Positions 54,439 through 63,431 of a stretch of DNA of 64,000 nt are shown here, one piece after another. The stretch comes from a virus. The notes beneath the pieces were generated by a model. The model ran no database searches. It was not told the origin of the DNA and saw only the letters and a program-made list of their open reading frames with translations. Every line of letters begins with the position of its first letter. Within the stretch, counting starts at the first letter, position 1. A program made the position numbers and the translations under genes. Location: positions 1 through 64,000 of the IMG/VR virus record IMGVR_UViG_3300048813_000107. One strand, given 5' to 3'.

Positions 54439-57400
54439 CAGGCTCTACCGCCCTTTGCAGCATCAGCACCCGGCCAGTGTCCGCAGCAAGGACAGCAAGC
54501 CCCGCCACGGCTACCTCGCCAGCAGCCTTGCGGACAGCGAGCCTGCCGCCGTCGTTGAGGTTGTGCGCCTGTACCGGGCCGACCGCGCGGAACTCGAAGT
54601 CGTGCCACTCCCCGGCCTGCCGCCGCTTCCTGCGGAAGTTCCTGAACACGGTGAGCTCGGACTTCACCGCCGCAGTGCGCGCGGCCTCCTCGTCCACGGC
54701 GACGACATAGTCCGGGATGATGACCTGCGGCTTGCCGTCGTCATCCTCGCCAGGTCCGTCGTAGCCGTAGATCCCGGTGTCGCTGGTGATCCCCGCCGTG
54801 GGTGCGCCTTCGCCTTCCTTGGCGACCGTCCCCGGCTGCTGCGGTCCTGCTGGCGGCAGGGCGGACGGGCCGTACTCCTGCTCGGCCAGCGGCTCCCCGA
54901 TCAGCGGCGGGGACGTGACGACGCCCTCGACGGTGGTGAATGCCTGATGCGGCAGGGAGGCCCCCGGCTCGGGCGCGGCCGTCGCCTCGTCTACCGGGCC
55001 CGCGACCGAGTCCAGCGAGATCAGCGGGATCGGCCCGGCGCGGGAGGAGAAGATAAACCGCGGCACCGGGACCGGATCGGACCAGCCCCACCGCTCCTCA
55101 CGGACCTCGCTGGTCGACACGGTGCCGTTCTTGATGTAGATGTCATCAGCCTGCGCCTGGGCCAGCCGGTCGTCCTGCTCCTCGCCGCGGTCGAACTGGT
55201 GCTTCAGCGGCAGCCCGAGGTCATCCTGCAGGAACCCGGTGATGATGCCCTCGACGTGGTTCTCCAGCGGCAGCTCGCCGACCTTGTGCACCACGTCGGC
55301 CTGCGACTCGCCAGATGACCTGTTGACATCCTCCGTGAATCCGAGGTCGCTAGGCACCGTGTGATAGGCGGCCAGCGTCTTGCGCATCAGGAACAGGCTG
55401 AACTGGTCGCTGAAGTCCTTCTCGTTGCTCCACGCGAACTTGGTACCGGGCGGCATCCACTTGATCTGGTGCTTGCCAGCCTGGTCGCCGTACATCATCG
55501 CGTCCCAGTAGACCTGGAACGCCTCGATCTGGTCGGGGCTCCAGGTCTCCGGGGCCGCGGCGAAGGCAGCAGGAAGATTGCCGGCTGTGAACCGTTCCAA
55601 AAAGTAGAGCTGGAACCTCATATCGGTGTTGGCGCACCATGATGGATAGCCATTCCTGCGCACATACAGCGTCTTGTTGGGAACGCTTACGCAATAGACC
55701 TTGCCCTCATAGGGAACGGGCTCAACGTCGATGCGATAGGCCGGCTTACGGCGAGTCTGGATTTGCCACCGCTGGTGATGGGCCGGCTTTGCCGGCTTCC
55801 CCACAGGACGCACCGCCCCAGAATAACCGATCTTCTGCAAAACCTCCTGCAGGCCATCTGCGAGGCGCTTGCTGCACGTGGACACGATCTCCGTGCGAGG
55901 ATAGATGGCCCCGTCACCCAGGACGTAGAAGTGCCAGAAAATCTCAAGCTGGCGCCGGGACATCCCGAGCACCTCGCGCGGGATGTACTTCTCATGCGCC
56001 TTCCCGAATGGCCGCAGGTAGTCGGCCAGCGCCGTATGGCCGAAAGTGAAGGCGCCCCGGTGATACGGGGCTTCGCGTCCGAGCATCCGCGCCAGCAGAT
56101 CGCGGAACTCCACATAGCCCTTGGAGAACTCCTCCTGCGCGATGGTGATGTTCGAGCAGTCTGGCCTGACGCATCCCTCCGACAGGTACATGCCCATGAA
56201 GGCGGCGAAGTCGTCGCCTTCAATGCGGCTGCTGAAGTAGTGCGCGTCTTCCCGGATGACGCCGCGAGGCAGTCCGTAGGCATCGCGGATAGCTTCGGCC
56301 GACGCCCGGCGCAGGCGCTCGCCTCTTTCCGCCCGGCGCAGTGTGGGATGAGTGATGCCGAGGCTGCAAGCCGGGAAGCCGGCGTTTGCCCGCGCCTCGC
56401 GCACCGCCTCCCCGTCCATGCGCACGAAGTCGCACGGGCTGACGGGAAGCGTGAAGCACTCAAGGTCGGGGGCGCTCCAGGTGCTCGTCGCCGGGCACCT
56501 GACGCCCGCTCCCCCGCCGGGAAGCGCGGACTGGTACTCGTAGAGGTCCGCGGCGTGAACCAGCCATTCGCTGCCGTGCCTGACGCCCGGACAGCCGCTG
56601 GGCAGGCGGTTGACCAGCAGCCGGTGGCCGCCGGTGACGAGCAGGTCCGCGTTCCTGGACGCGGCGTGGTACATGATGCCGTCGGAGTCGGCCTCGTAGT
56701 ACCTGGTCGCCGATTGCCACTCAAACGCAGCGGTCGCGGGATTGCGCGTCGCGAACCTGTCTGAGCTGATGTCCGCCTCTGCGAACCGCAGCCAGCCGCG
56801 GTCTGTCAGAACCTCGGTGTCGTCGCTGTAGCAGTTCGCGTTCAGGATTATGCTTTCCAGTGGCGCGTACCCATACAGCGAGTTCGGGCGCGGACGGAAT
56901 GGCTCGTAGATAATATCGTCCCTGGTCAGCCAGTTCCAGGGCAGGCCATTGACGTACTGAACATACGCCTCCGCAGGCGGCTGAGGCGGATTCCCCCAGT
57001 AGTCCAACAATGGCGCTATTGTCGTTCCGTCGATCACACTCAAGCCTACCACTTTACCGCCGCGATTACGCAGCCGGTAAAGCGCTCCCGCATCATAAGC
57101 GAGAATGTCATAAAGGTATTTGGCAAGCCACGTGCTGAACGAGCTGATCCGGTCGGGCTTCTTCAGTGCGACCATGCCGATCTTAACGGCATCCTCGACG
57201 TCGCTATTGAATCCGTCGGCCGCGACCAATTTCCAGTCCAGTGACCGGATTGAGTCGATGCGATGCCAAATCGCGATCTGCGCGATGTCATAGGAGTCGA
57301 CCAGCCCGCGGAGCGTCTCGAAGCTGACCCGCTCGTGGATCCTGGGCCGGGTGGCAATGTTCGTCCCGGTGACGAAATCCTGTGACCTCGGGCGACGGTC

Positions 57401-57559
57401 GTAGCCGTCATAGGGTCCGATGGGCGTACCGGGCGAGAACGGGGACGCCGGGGTCATCTGCGAGGCTTCTTCGCCCTCGCGGAACGACTCCGGCGTGCCG
57501 GGGCCGAACACCTTGGCGACGCGGGTCAGGCCGTCATGGATGCGGGAGCGGACGCCCAT
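54431..57559 (-). CDS. Portal protein with intein and C-terminal NUDIX N-fragment
   Basis: IDGTTI, YVQ, DDIIY.P..RPNSLYGYAPLE, VPSDLG; ends VAGLAVLAADTGRVLMLQRA. Confidence 0.9.
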   Translation of the reverse strand: MGVRSRIHDGLTRVAKVFGPGTPESFREGEEASQMTPASPFSPGTPIGPYDGYDRRPRSQDFVTGTNIATRPRIHERVSFETLRGLVDSYDIAQIAIWHRIDSIRSLDWKLVAADGFNSDVEDAVKIGMVALKKPDRISSFSTWLAKYLYDILAYDAGALYRLRNRGGKVVGLSVIDGTTIAPLLDYWGNPPQPPAEAYVQYVNGLPWNWLTRDDIIYEPFRPRPNSLYGYAPLESIILNANCYSDDTEVLTDRGWLRFAEADISSDRFATRNPATAAFEWQSATRYYEADSDGIMYHAASRNADLLVTGGHRLLVNRLPSGCPGVRHGSEWLVHAADLYEYQSALPGGGAGVRCPATSTWSAPDLECFTLPVSPCDFVRMDGEAVREARANAGFPACSLGITHPTLRRAERGERLRRASAEAIRDAYGLPRGVIREDAHYFSSRIEGDDFAAFMGMYLSEGCVRPDCSNITIAQEEFSKGYVEFRDLLARMLGREAPYHRGAFTFGHTALADYLRPFGKAHEKYIPREVLGMSRRQLEIFWHFYVLGDGAIYPRTEIVSTCSKRLADGLQEVLQKIGYSGAVRPVGKPAKPAHHQRWQIQTRRKPAYRIDVEPVPYEGKVYCVSVPNKTLYVRRNGYPSWCANTDMRFQLYFLERFTAGNLPAAFAAAPETWSPDQIEAFQVYWDAMMYGDQAGKHQIKWMPPGTKFAWSNEKDFSDQFSLFLMRKTLAAYHTVPSDLGFTEDVNRSSGESQADVVHKVGELPLENHVEGIITGFLQDDLGLPLKHQFDRGEEQDDRLAQAQADDIYIKNGTVSTSEVREERWGWSDPVPVPRFIFSSRAGPIPLISLDSVAGPVDEATAAPEPGASLPHQAFTTVEGVVTSPPLIGEPLAEQEYGPSALPPAGPQQPGTVAKEGEGAPTAGITSDTGIYGYDGPGEDDDGKPQVIIPDYVVAVDEEAARTAAVKSELTVFRNFRRKRRQAGEWHDFEFRAVGPVQAHNLNDGGRLAVRKAAGEVAVAGLAVLAADTGRVLMLQRAVEPDE
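55628..56833 (-). mobile_element. Intein (402 aa) with LAGLIDADG endonuclease and XRE-like HTH insert
   Basis: C1 CYSDDTEVLTDRGW; block B LVTGGH; FMGMYLSEG and FYVLGDG; VYCVSV..WCAN followed by Thr. Confidence 0.93.
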
Positions 57560-57590
57560 TGAGCCGCCCCCTCGCTGCCATGATGGGCGG

Positions 57591-57971
57591 GTGAGCAACG
57601 AGGAGCTAACCGCGTGGGCGCTGACCAGTGACGGGCCGGACTGCGAGCCGGATGTCAGCTTCGGCTCGTTCTACGGCTGCGTGACGGCCGGGCGGTGGAT
57701 TGCGGGCGTGATGAGCTGGTCGGATTCCCCGCTCTGGGTGGACACGATCCTGCTGGGCGAGGACCGGTTCGTGATCCGGCCCCGCGTCCGGGTGTCGCCC
57801 GGGCGGACAGCGTGGTTCAACCTGGGCGGCTGGCCAGCAACCCCCAGGAGCCGCTGGCCGGCGCCGGACATCAACCCCGTGGCGTTCACCGAGCATGTGC
57901 TCAGCCGGCCGCTGGACTGGCTTCGCGACGATGAGCGGCAGGACATGCGGCGGATCTTCGGGCTAAGCTAG
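57591..57971 (+). CDS. Antisense inserted gene, hypothetical
   Basis: CATGAT-6nt-GTG. Confidence 0.6.
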   Translation: MSNEELTAWALTSDGPDCEPDVSFGSFYGCVTAGRWIAGVMSWSDSPLWVDTILLGEDRFVIRPRVRVSPGRTAWFNLGGWPATPRSRWPAPDINPVAFTEHVLSRPLDWLRDDERQDMRRIFGLS

Positions 57972-58086
57972 GCGGTCCGGAGGGGTTGGGCCGGGTGGCC
58001 GTGCACATGCCGAGCAGCCGGATCGATTGCGGTGAGAGACCGTGACGGGCCACGCCGGGCTTCACTTGCTGCCGCCCCTCCGGGGC

Positions 58087-58302
58087 CTAGCTCCCGCGCA
58101 TCCGGCCGGCCAGGCGGAACCATGTGCGCCTGATCCGCCACCACCACCAGCGCCACCGGAACGGCGCCAGCAGCCGCACATGCCACGGCACCGGGCCGAT
58201 GCCGATCTGCCACGGCTTCACGTCGAAGGCCTCGCAGACCTGCCGCTGCAACATCACCAGGTCGCAGGTGAACTCCTCGTCGCTGCCGGTCTCGCTGGTC
58301 AC
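58087..58302 (-). CDS. Hypothetical Trp/Arg-rich protein
   Basis: QRQVCEAFDVKPWQIG; WRWRWWWWR tail. Confidence 0.55.
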   Translation of the reverse strand: MTSETGSDEEFTCDLVMLQRQVCEAFDVKPWQIGIGPVPWHVRLLAPFRWRWWWWRIRRTWFRLAGRMRGS

Positions 58303-58499
58303 GGACAGAGCCTAGCTTCCCCGCACCCGCATCTCGCTGACGATGAACGGGAACACGCCCGTGCGGACCTTGCCGTCATCGTCGGTGTAGATGCGCTCGC
58401 TGCCGATGCGGCCGGGGCGCCCCTGCGGGTCCGGGATACGCTCCGGGAACAGCAGCGGCATCCCCTTGTCGTCGGCGAACATCACCAGGTCGCAGGTGA
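58250..58499. repeat. Exact 22-bp direct repeat AACATCACCAGGTCGCAGGTGA
   Basis: 58250-58271 and 58478-58499, both encoding TCDLVM. Confidence 0.9.
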
Positions 58500-58755
58500 T
58501 GAAGCTCTGCACATCGGCGGTGACGCGGAGGATGGTGGCCTTCTCCACGGTCGTGATGAGCTTGCCGGTCGTGGCGTCCAGGATCGAGCAGTCCCATGCG
58601 GGCATCATCCTCGGTATCCCGTCCTTGCGGCGGGGCACCGGCCACTCGATGATCACGTAGCCGTAGTACTGCCGCTCCGGGCCCTGCGGCCACGGGTCGT
58701 CCCCGGCGATCTCGGCGTCTGCGATCTCGCCGGGTACTGCTACCTCAGTGGTCAT
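58312..58755 (-). CDS. Hypothetical protein
   Basis: GAGG RBS, codon bias. Confidence 0.7.
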   Translation of the reverse strand: MTTEVAVPGEIADAEIAGDDPWPQGPERQYYGYVIIEWPVPRRKDGIPRMMPAWDCSILDATTGKLITTVEKATILRVTADVQSFITCDLVMFADDKGMPLLFPERIPDPQGRPGRIGSERIYTDDDGKVRTGVFPFIVSEMRVRGS

Positions 58756-58764
58756 CGCCGAGCC

Positions 58765-59250
58765 TCACTGTCCGGGATTCGTCTGGCCGATGTGGATCGT
58801 CCTGTGATCCGGGTGCTGGCGGCCGGTCTCGGTGCGGACCTCCGCGATCATGTCGTCAAGGGTCATGCCGGTGACATCGCCGCACTCAACCGGGACGACC
58901 TCGCGGCAGGCCGTGCACACGACCTCCCTGACCGTCGCGCCGCAGGCGTTCACCGCGGGCGCTATCTCCACCCACGGCTCTGCGTCATCCGGCGGTGCGC
59001 CCTTCTGCTGTTTACGCACCCATTCGCCCGGGTCTATCGCTATCGCCATCGTGGCCACGTCCGGGCGGCGGCCGGTCAGGCGCTGCCAGCCGGCGATGAA
59101 ATCCCGTACCGCGATCATGTGCATCAGGTCATCGGCTGCTGTCCAGGGCCCGTAAGTCTCCTGCATGGTCAGCCCGGTCACGGCCTCGCGCCACTGGAGG
59201 GTCAGGACGATCTGGTCAGGCCGACTTGCGGGCGCCTCATCTACCGCCAC
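58765..59250 (-). CDS. Hypothetical protein with CxxC
   Basis: GAGG RBS; overlaps terminase stop; CTAC. Confidence 0.6.
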   Translation of the reverse strand: MAVDEAPASRPDQIVLTLQWREAVTGLTMQETYGPWTAADDLMHMIAVRDFIAGWQRLTGRRPDVATMAIAIDPGEWVRKQQKGAPPDDAEPWVEIAPAVNACGATVREVVCTACREVVPVECGDVTGMTLDDMIAEVRTETGRQHPDHRTIHIGQTNPGQ

Positions 59251-61052
59251 CGTGCCGCCTCTCCTCGCTGTGCCTGCCATGCTGCGTTCCGTGCCCGCTT
59301 CCGGGCTTCCACCGGGTCAAGGATCTCCGGGGCCGGCTCAGGTGCGTCCATGCCGCGCTCGGCCGCCCGCTCGTCGCAGTCGCCGGCGTGCGCGTGGATC
59401 TCGTACTGGCCGTCAGCAGCCTGCGCACAGGGGCCGCAGCAGTACAGCGCACCGAGGGACACCAGGCGGAGGCAGTCCGGCTTGCCGCACTTCCTGAAGT
59501 CCTGCACTGCGATGGCCCGGGCCTCAGCGGCTGCGAACTCTGCGTCCGGGCCGATCGCCGCGGCCTGCTCGGCCTTGCGCTTCGCCCATGCGATCCACGC
59601 CTGCGCGCCGTTCCCGTCCAAGAGCAGCTCCGCGAGGGCCTGGCTGGTGGCGTCCACCTGGTCATCGTGGGCGTCGTTCGGGAAGGCCGCGCACTCGGTT
59701 ACGTACGCTTCCGTATCGAAGAGGGCGATCTCGGCAGCGGGCAAGAATGCGTTGCCGGCCTCGATGAACGGGGCGACCGCGGTAGCCCGCGCATACTTCG
59801 ATTCGGTCGGCGTGATCGCGACGATGCCGGGAATCTTCGACTTCAGCGACGAGATCACGGCCGGGCCGTTCGCCTTGTTCTCGACGAGCTTTCGCGTTGC
59901 CTGCGGCCATCGCGCCACCATCGCCTGGAATGCGACCAGCGTGTCCGTGAAGCTCAGCCGCTTGCGTACCTGGTCGAGCAGGTAGACGCTGGCGCCGCGG
60001 CGGCACCAGATCTGGCCTGCTACGTAGTCGCTTCCCTTGGTATCGGCAAAGGCCATGTCCCACGACGCGATTACCTCGTCGCACTCGTGGACGAGGTAAG
60101 CGTCCGGGCGGTCAGGATGCTGTGACCACAACGGCGTGCCGTAACGCCGCCACCATTGCCGCTGCCACACGTTCCCCGCATCGGGGGACGGACGACCCTG
60201 GTACAGGGCGGCGAACACGCGGGACCCGGCCTGGATCCGGATCTGCTCCCACTCGGCGACCGTCCGGCCCCGGGCGGACTGGAGCCATTCGCCTGGCTCG
60301 CGGCCGAGCGGGTCGCTCTGGCCCTTGGCCGGGTCGTGGTCGGCGAGGGCGGGGATGTTGATGACGCGCCACCGGTGGCCGTCCTCGGCGGCGACGAGGC
60401 GGCCGGCCAGGTCGTCTTCGTGCCAGCGGGTGAGGATCACGATCACCGGGGCACCAGGGGCGAGGCGCGGGGCGCCGACCGAGCGCCACCACTCCCAGAC
60501 CCGCTCGCGGTAGTAAGCCGACCCGGCCTGCTCGGCATCGGCGAACGGGTCGTCTATGGTCAGTGCGTCAAGCGGGCGGCCGGTCAGGCCCGATCCGATG
60601 CCGACGCAGACGACGCCGCCGCGGTGCCCCTCGAGCTGCCAGCGGCGGGCCGAGCCGTTGTCGCGGGCAATCCTCAGGCCAAGGTTGAGCGTGCCTTCGT
60701 CGCCGTTGAACGTGGTGATGGTGTTGCGGACCTCACGGCCGAAGCCCTCAGCGAGGGACTGCGCGTACGACGCGATGCCGAGCCGGAGTTCGGGGTTGCG
60801 CTCGAGCGCCCACAGCGAGCTGGTCTTCGTGACCCTGCTCGACTTGCCTTCCTGAGGTCCGATCGAGATGATCAGCCGCGCGCCGGGAGTCGTGTACGCC
60901 CAGGTGACTGCCTCGTCTATAAGGTCGAGCGCCGGGGTCTGCACGGTCGTGGGGTCGATGGCTACGGCGAGTTCGCCCGGTGTCTCCCATGTGCGCTCAA
61001 CGGCCGGCGGGTCGAGCCTGTCGGCGAGTGAAGCAGCGAAATCAACCGTCAT
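59241..61052 (-). CDS. terL: Terminase large subunit
   Basis: GPQEGKS Walker A, LTIDDP Walker B, TRWHEDDL, SWD, HDDQVDA. Confidence 0.95.
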   Translation of the reverse strand: MTVDFAASLADRLDPPAVERTWETPGELAVAIDPTTVQTPALDLIDEAVTWAYTTPGARLIISIGPQEGKSSRVTKTSSLWALERNPELRLGIASYAQSLAEGFGREVRNTITTFNGDEGTLNLGLRIARDNGSARRWQLEGHRGGVVCVGIGSGLTGRPLDALTIDDPFADAEQAGSAYYRERVWEWWRSVGAPRLAPGAPVIVILTRWHEDDLAGRLVAAEDGHRWRVINIPALADHDPAKGQSDPLGREPGEWLQSARGRTVAEWEQIRIQAGSRVFAALYQGRPSPDAGNVWQRQWWRRYGTPLWSQHPDRPDAYLVHECDEVIASWDMAFADTKGSDYVAGQIWCRRGASVYLLDQVRKRLSFTDTLVAFQAMVARWPQATRKLVENKANGPAVISSLKSKIPGIVAITPTESKYARATAVAPFIEAGNAFLPAAEIALFDTEAYVTECAAFPNDAHDDQVDATSQALAELLLDGNGAQAWIAWAKRKAEQAAAIGPDAEFAAAEARAIAVQDFRKCGKPDCLRLVSLGALYCCGPCAQAADGQYEIHAHAGDCDERAAERGMDAPEPAPEILDPVEARKRARNAAWQAQRGEAARWR

Positions 61053-61149
61053 GCCCGCCCGATGTCACGCTCTGCTGATAGTTACCGGCTAGTACGGGTC
61101 TCGGCCCCGTCATCCGGGGCACCTCTACCCGCCAGTAACATGAATTCGG

Positions 61150-61698
61150 TCACGCAACGCTACGGAGATGCCTCGCGAGACGGCCGCGGGCGTCTCGCTG
61201 CTGCTCGGCTGGCAGGCCCATCTCGCGGAAGGTGGCCGCCAGTGCATCACTGACGAGCCGCGCCTGCGTCTCCGTGATCTTCGCCAGCCGCTCCTCGATG
61301 TTCAGCTTCGCGATATCCACCAGCAGCCGCCCGCACCGGTCCATCGCCCGCTCGAGCACCGAGACCTCAGCGCGGAGCTGCTCCCCGCCTTCCTCGCTGC
61401 CGTAGCGCACCGACCGGAGGTTGTTGACCAGGCCGCCGATGGTCTCCTCGAGCGCCAGCGCACGGCCGGCCAGCCGCTGCAAGGCTTCGAGCGGGTCAGT
61501 GACGGGGGCCGCGTCGTACCTGTACAGCAGCCGCCGGGCTTCCTCGTTCAGCGCGGCGACACGGCCCGACGGGGTGCAGCCGCCATGGTTCTTGCAGTTG
61601 CCGACGCCTTGGTGATCCGTGCCCTTGCCTGCGCCGTTGCCGCACGGCTTGCCCTCGCGGTTGGTGCCGCCGCACTTCGGGGCAGCTCCATGGCCCAT
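61150..61698 (-). CDS. Terminase small subunit-like protein with HGG zinc knuckle
   Basis: CGG..R.GKPC...CKNHGG; directly upstream of terL. Confidence 0.75.
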   Translation of the reverse strand: MGHGAAPKCGGTNREGKPCGNGAGKGTDHQGVGNCKNHGGCTPSGRVAALNEEARRLLYRYDAAPVTDPLEALQRLAGRALALEETIGGLVNNLRSVRYGSEEGGEQLRAEVSVLERAMDRCGRLLVDIAKLNIEERLAKITETQARLVSDALAATFREMGLPAEQQRDARGRLARHLRSVA

Positions 61699-61740
61699 GA
61701 CGTCACCGCCTTGGTTCCATGGCCAAGCGTTTGCCCGGCA

Positions 61741-62043
61741 TCACCAGAATGAGCACCGGGCGGGCTCGTCCTGCACGATCTCGCCGCGGTAGGGGCCGGC
61801 TTCGTCCGCCTCCGGAGTACCGGCGGGATGGCCGCACGGCTCCAGCTCGTACAGGTCCGTCATGCTCCCCCGCACCGCGCCGAACGCGACGATACGGTCA
61901 CCGGGAAGGTGCACGCCCTCGGTGTGGCAGAGCGTCCGGTCTGCGGTGAAGCCGAACCGGTGGTCGTCGTCCACGGCGTCGCAGCCGGCGAAGTCGCCGG
62001 TCGTGCCGCCTTCCCTGACCTTGGCGAGGGTGCAGAACTTCAC
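61741..62043 (-). CDS. Hypothetical protein
   Basis: GTGA coupling; Cys/His residues. Confidence 0.5.
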   Translation of the reverse strand: MKFCTLAKVREGGTTGDFAGCDAVDDDHRFGFTADRTLCHTEGVHLPGDRIVAFGAVRGSMTDLYELEPCGHPAGTPEADEAGPYRGEIVQDEPARCSFW

Positions 62044-62315
62044 GGGCGCCGCTCCGTCATCGTGAACGCCGGGTGGTCCGGGGGCCGGTAGAGCAGCTTC
62101 CCTGACCAGGTGAAGACGGCTTCCTGCGGCGGGATGATGGTGTGGGTGTACGGCGGTCCGGGCGCTGGCTCGGCGAGCAGGCTGGCGAGGAACGCCCCGG
62201 CAGCCTCGGGCCAGAAATTGAGGCTGTTTTCCGGCCAGTCTTCGGGCAGGACCCATCCGGGCGGGGCTTCGAGCGGGCCGTCCGGGTACTGCCTGCCGGT
62301 GCTCTGGGTGCTAAC
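62040..62315 (-). CDS. Hypothetical ORF lacking a canonical start (GTT)
   Basis: Open frame filling the gap with high GC3; start codon apparently mutated. Confidence 0.35.
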   Translation of the reverse strand, partial: VSTQSTGRQYPDGPLEAPPGWVLPEDWPENSLNFWPEAAGAFLASLLAEPAPGPPYTHTIIPPQEAVFTWSGKLLYRPPDHPAFTMTERRP

Positions 62316-62324
62316 GCGGCCAGC

Positions 62325-62549
62325 CTAGCCTTCGGCCGCCTCTTGCGGAGCGGCCTGCGAGGCCACCAGGAACTGCCGGCGCGAATCCCGGTCCAGCAGG
62401 CGGACGGCGCGCTTGGCTTCCTTGCCGCTCATCTTCAGCCCGGCCCCGATGTCCGCCCAGGAGGCTCCCGCTGCCCTGGTCTCAGCGATGAGACGGAGGC
62501 GCTGCATGGCGGAGCCGAGGGTGGCGGGCATGGCAGCGGGCGCGGTCAT
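62325..62549 (-). CDS. Small HTH protein
   Basis: RAAGASWADIGAGLKMSGKEAKR. Confidence 0.65.
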   Translation of the reverse strand: MTAPAAMPATLGSAMQRLRLIAETRAAGASWADIGAGLKMSGKEAKRAVRLLDRDSRRQFLVASQAAPQEAAEG

Positions 62550-62875
62550 CGCGGCCGCGATCCCGGCGCCCAGTTCGCGGCGGAACGGCGGCGTTCCCGG
62601 TCCAGCAGCTGCGGCAGGACGCGGCCAAGGCGCACGGTGAACTCGGCGTCCGTCTCGGGCTGCACGACGGCCATGTCCAGGTGCGGGACGACGAGCACCT
62701 TGACCTCGGGGGCGTTCTCGGCCAGCCACCACGCGGCGTACTCCTGCATCTCGCCGGCCTGGTCCGGGGTCCAGCCTTCGGGGCAGCGCAGGATCAGCGT
62801 CTCGCCGGGCTTCACGACGGTGACGCACTCGCGGAGTAGCTGCCGGATCTCGTCCGGGCTCAGCTCAGGTGCCAC
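62546..62875 (-). CDS. Hypothetical protein
   Basis: ECVTVVKPGETLILR; coupled. Confidence 0.7.
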   Translation of the reverse strand: MAPELSPDEIRQLLRECVTVVKPGETLILRCPEGWTPDQAGEMQEYAAWWLAENAPEVKVLVVPHLDMAVVQPETDAEFTVRLGRVLPQLLDRERRRSAANWAPGSRPR

Positions 62876-62974
62876 TCAGTCCCCCTGTCCCGCGCAGCAC
62901 CGGCAGTCCCGGCTGGTGCACCGCTCGTGCTTGTCGCGCTCGCACTGCGGGCACACCCAGTCATCGGCGGGCAC
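62876..62974 (-). CDS. Cys-rich microprotein (32 aa)
   Basis: WVCPQC..KH..C..DCRCC; GGAGG RBS. Confidence 0.5.
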   Translation of the reverse strand: MPADDWVCPQCERDKHERCTSRDCRCCAGQGD

Positions 62975-62976
62975 GG

Positions 62977-63108
62977 CTACGCCCGGCCCCCTCCGCCGGG
63001 CGTGGCCGGCGACGGGGCGGGCTGGAGGACGTCGACGGTGACCGACGCGGTAGCCACCAGGCCGGCCTTGTCGGTCACCGTCGCCGTGATCGTGAGGGTG
63101 GCGCTCAT
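62977..63108 (-). CDS. Short beta-strand peptide (43 aa)
   Basis: MSATLTITATVTDKAGLVATASVTV; ATGA coupling. Confidence 0.5.
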   Translation of the reverse strand: MSATLTITATVTDKAGLVATASVTVDVLQPAPSPATPGGGGRA

Positions 63109-63431
63109 GCCGCGGCGGGAGGCGTCCCGATCGTGGCGGTCAGCACCGCGACGCCGGCGGCGTTGGATACCTGGGTGTAGGCATCACCGAAATTGTCCGT
63201 GACGCCGATCGTCATCGGCTGCTGCTCGGAGGTGTTCACCGTGACCGACAGGTCGGCGTTGATGCTGTTGCCGGCCGCATCGGTGGCCGAGGCGACGATC
63301 GACAGGGTGACCGGGGCGGAGGTGGAATCAGAGTAGGTCGCGGTGAGAGTCAGGACATCGCCGACGCTGTAGGTCGCCTTGTCGGCGGCGAGGGTGAGGG
63401 TCGGGGCGACAGCGGGCGCGGGGGTGGTCAT
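63105..63431 (-). CDS. Ig-like beta-sandwich protein
   Basis: LAADKATYSVGDVLTLTATY, ATDAAGN. Confidence 0.7.
   Translation of the reverse strand: MTTPAPAVAPTLTLAADKATYSVGDVLTLTATYSDSTSAPVTLSIVASATDAAGNSINADLSVTVNTSEQQPMTIGVTDNFGDAYTQVSNAAGVAVLTATIGTPPAAA

Noticed and set aside
54098-54443. T4 gene 60-style ribosomal hop across the NUDIX insert
   Set aside because: Codon before the stop (GAA) has no matching in-frame landing codon, the gap is 340 nt, and the downstream half has its own RBS and ATG
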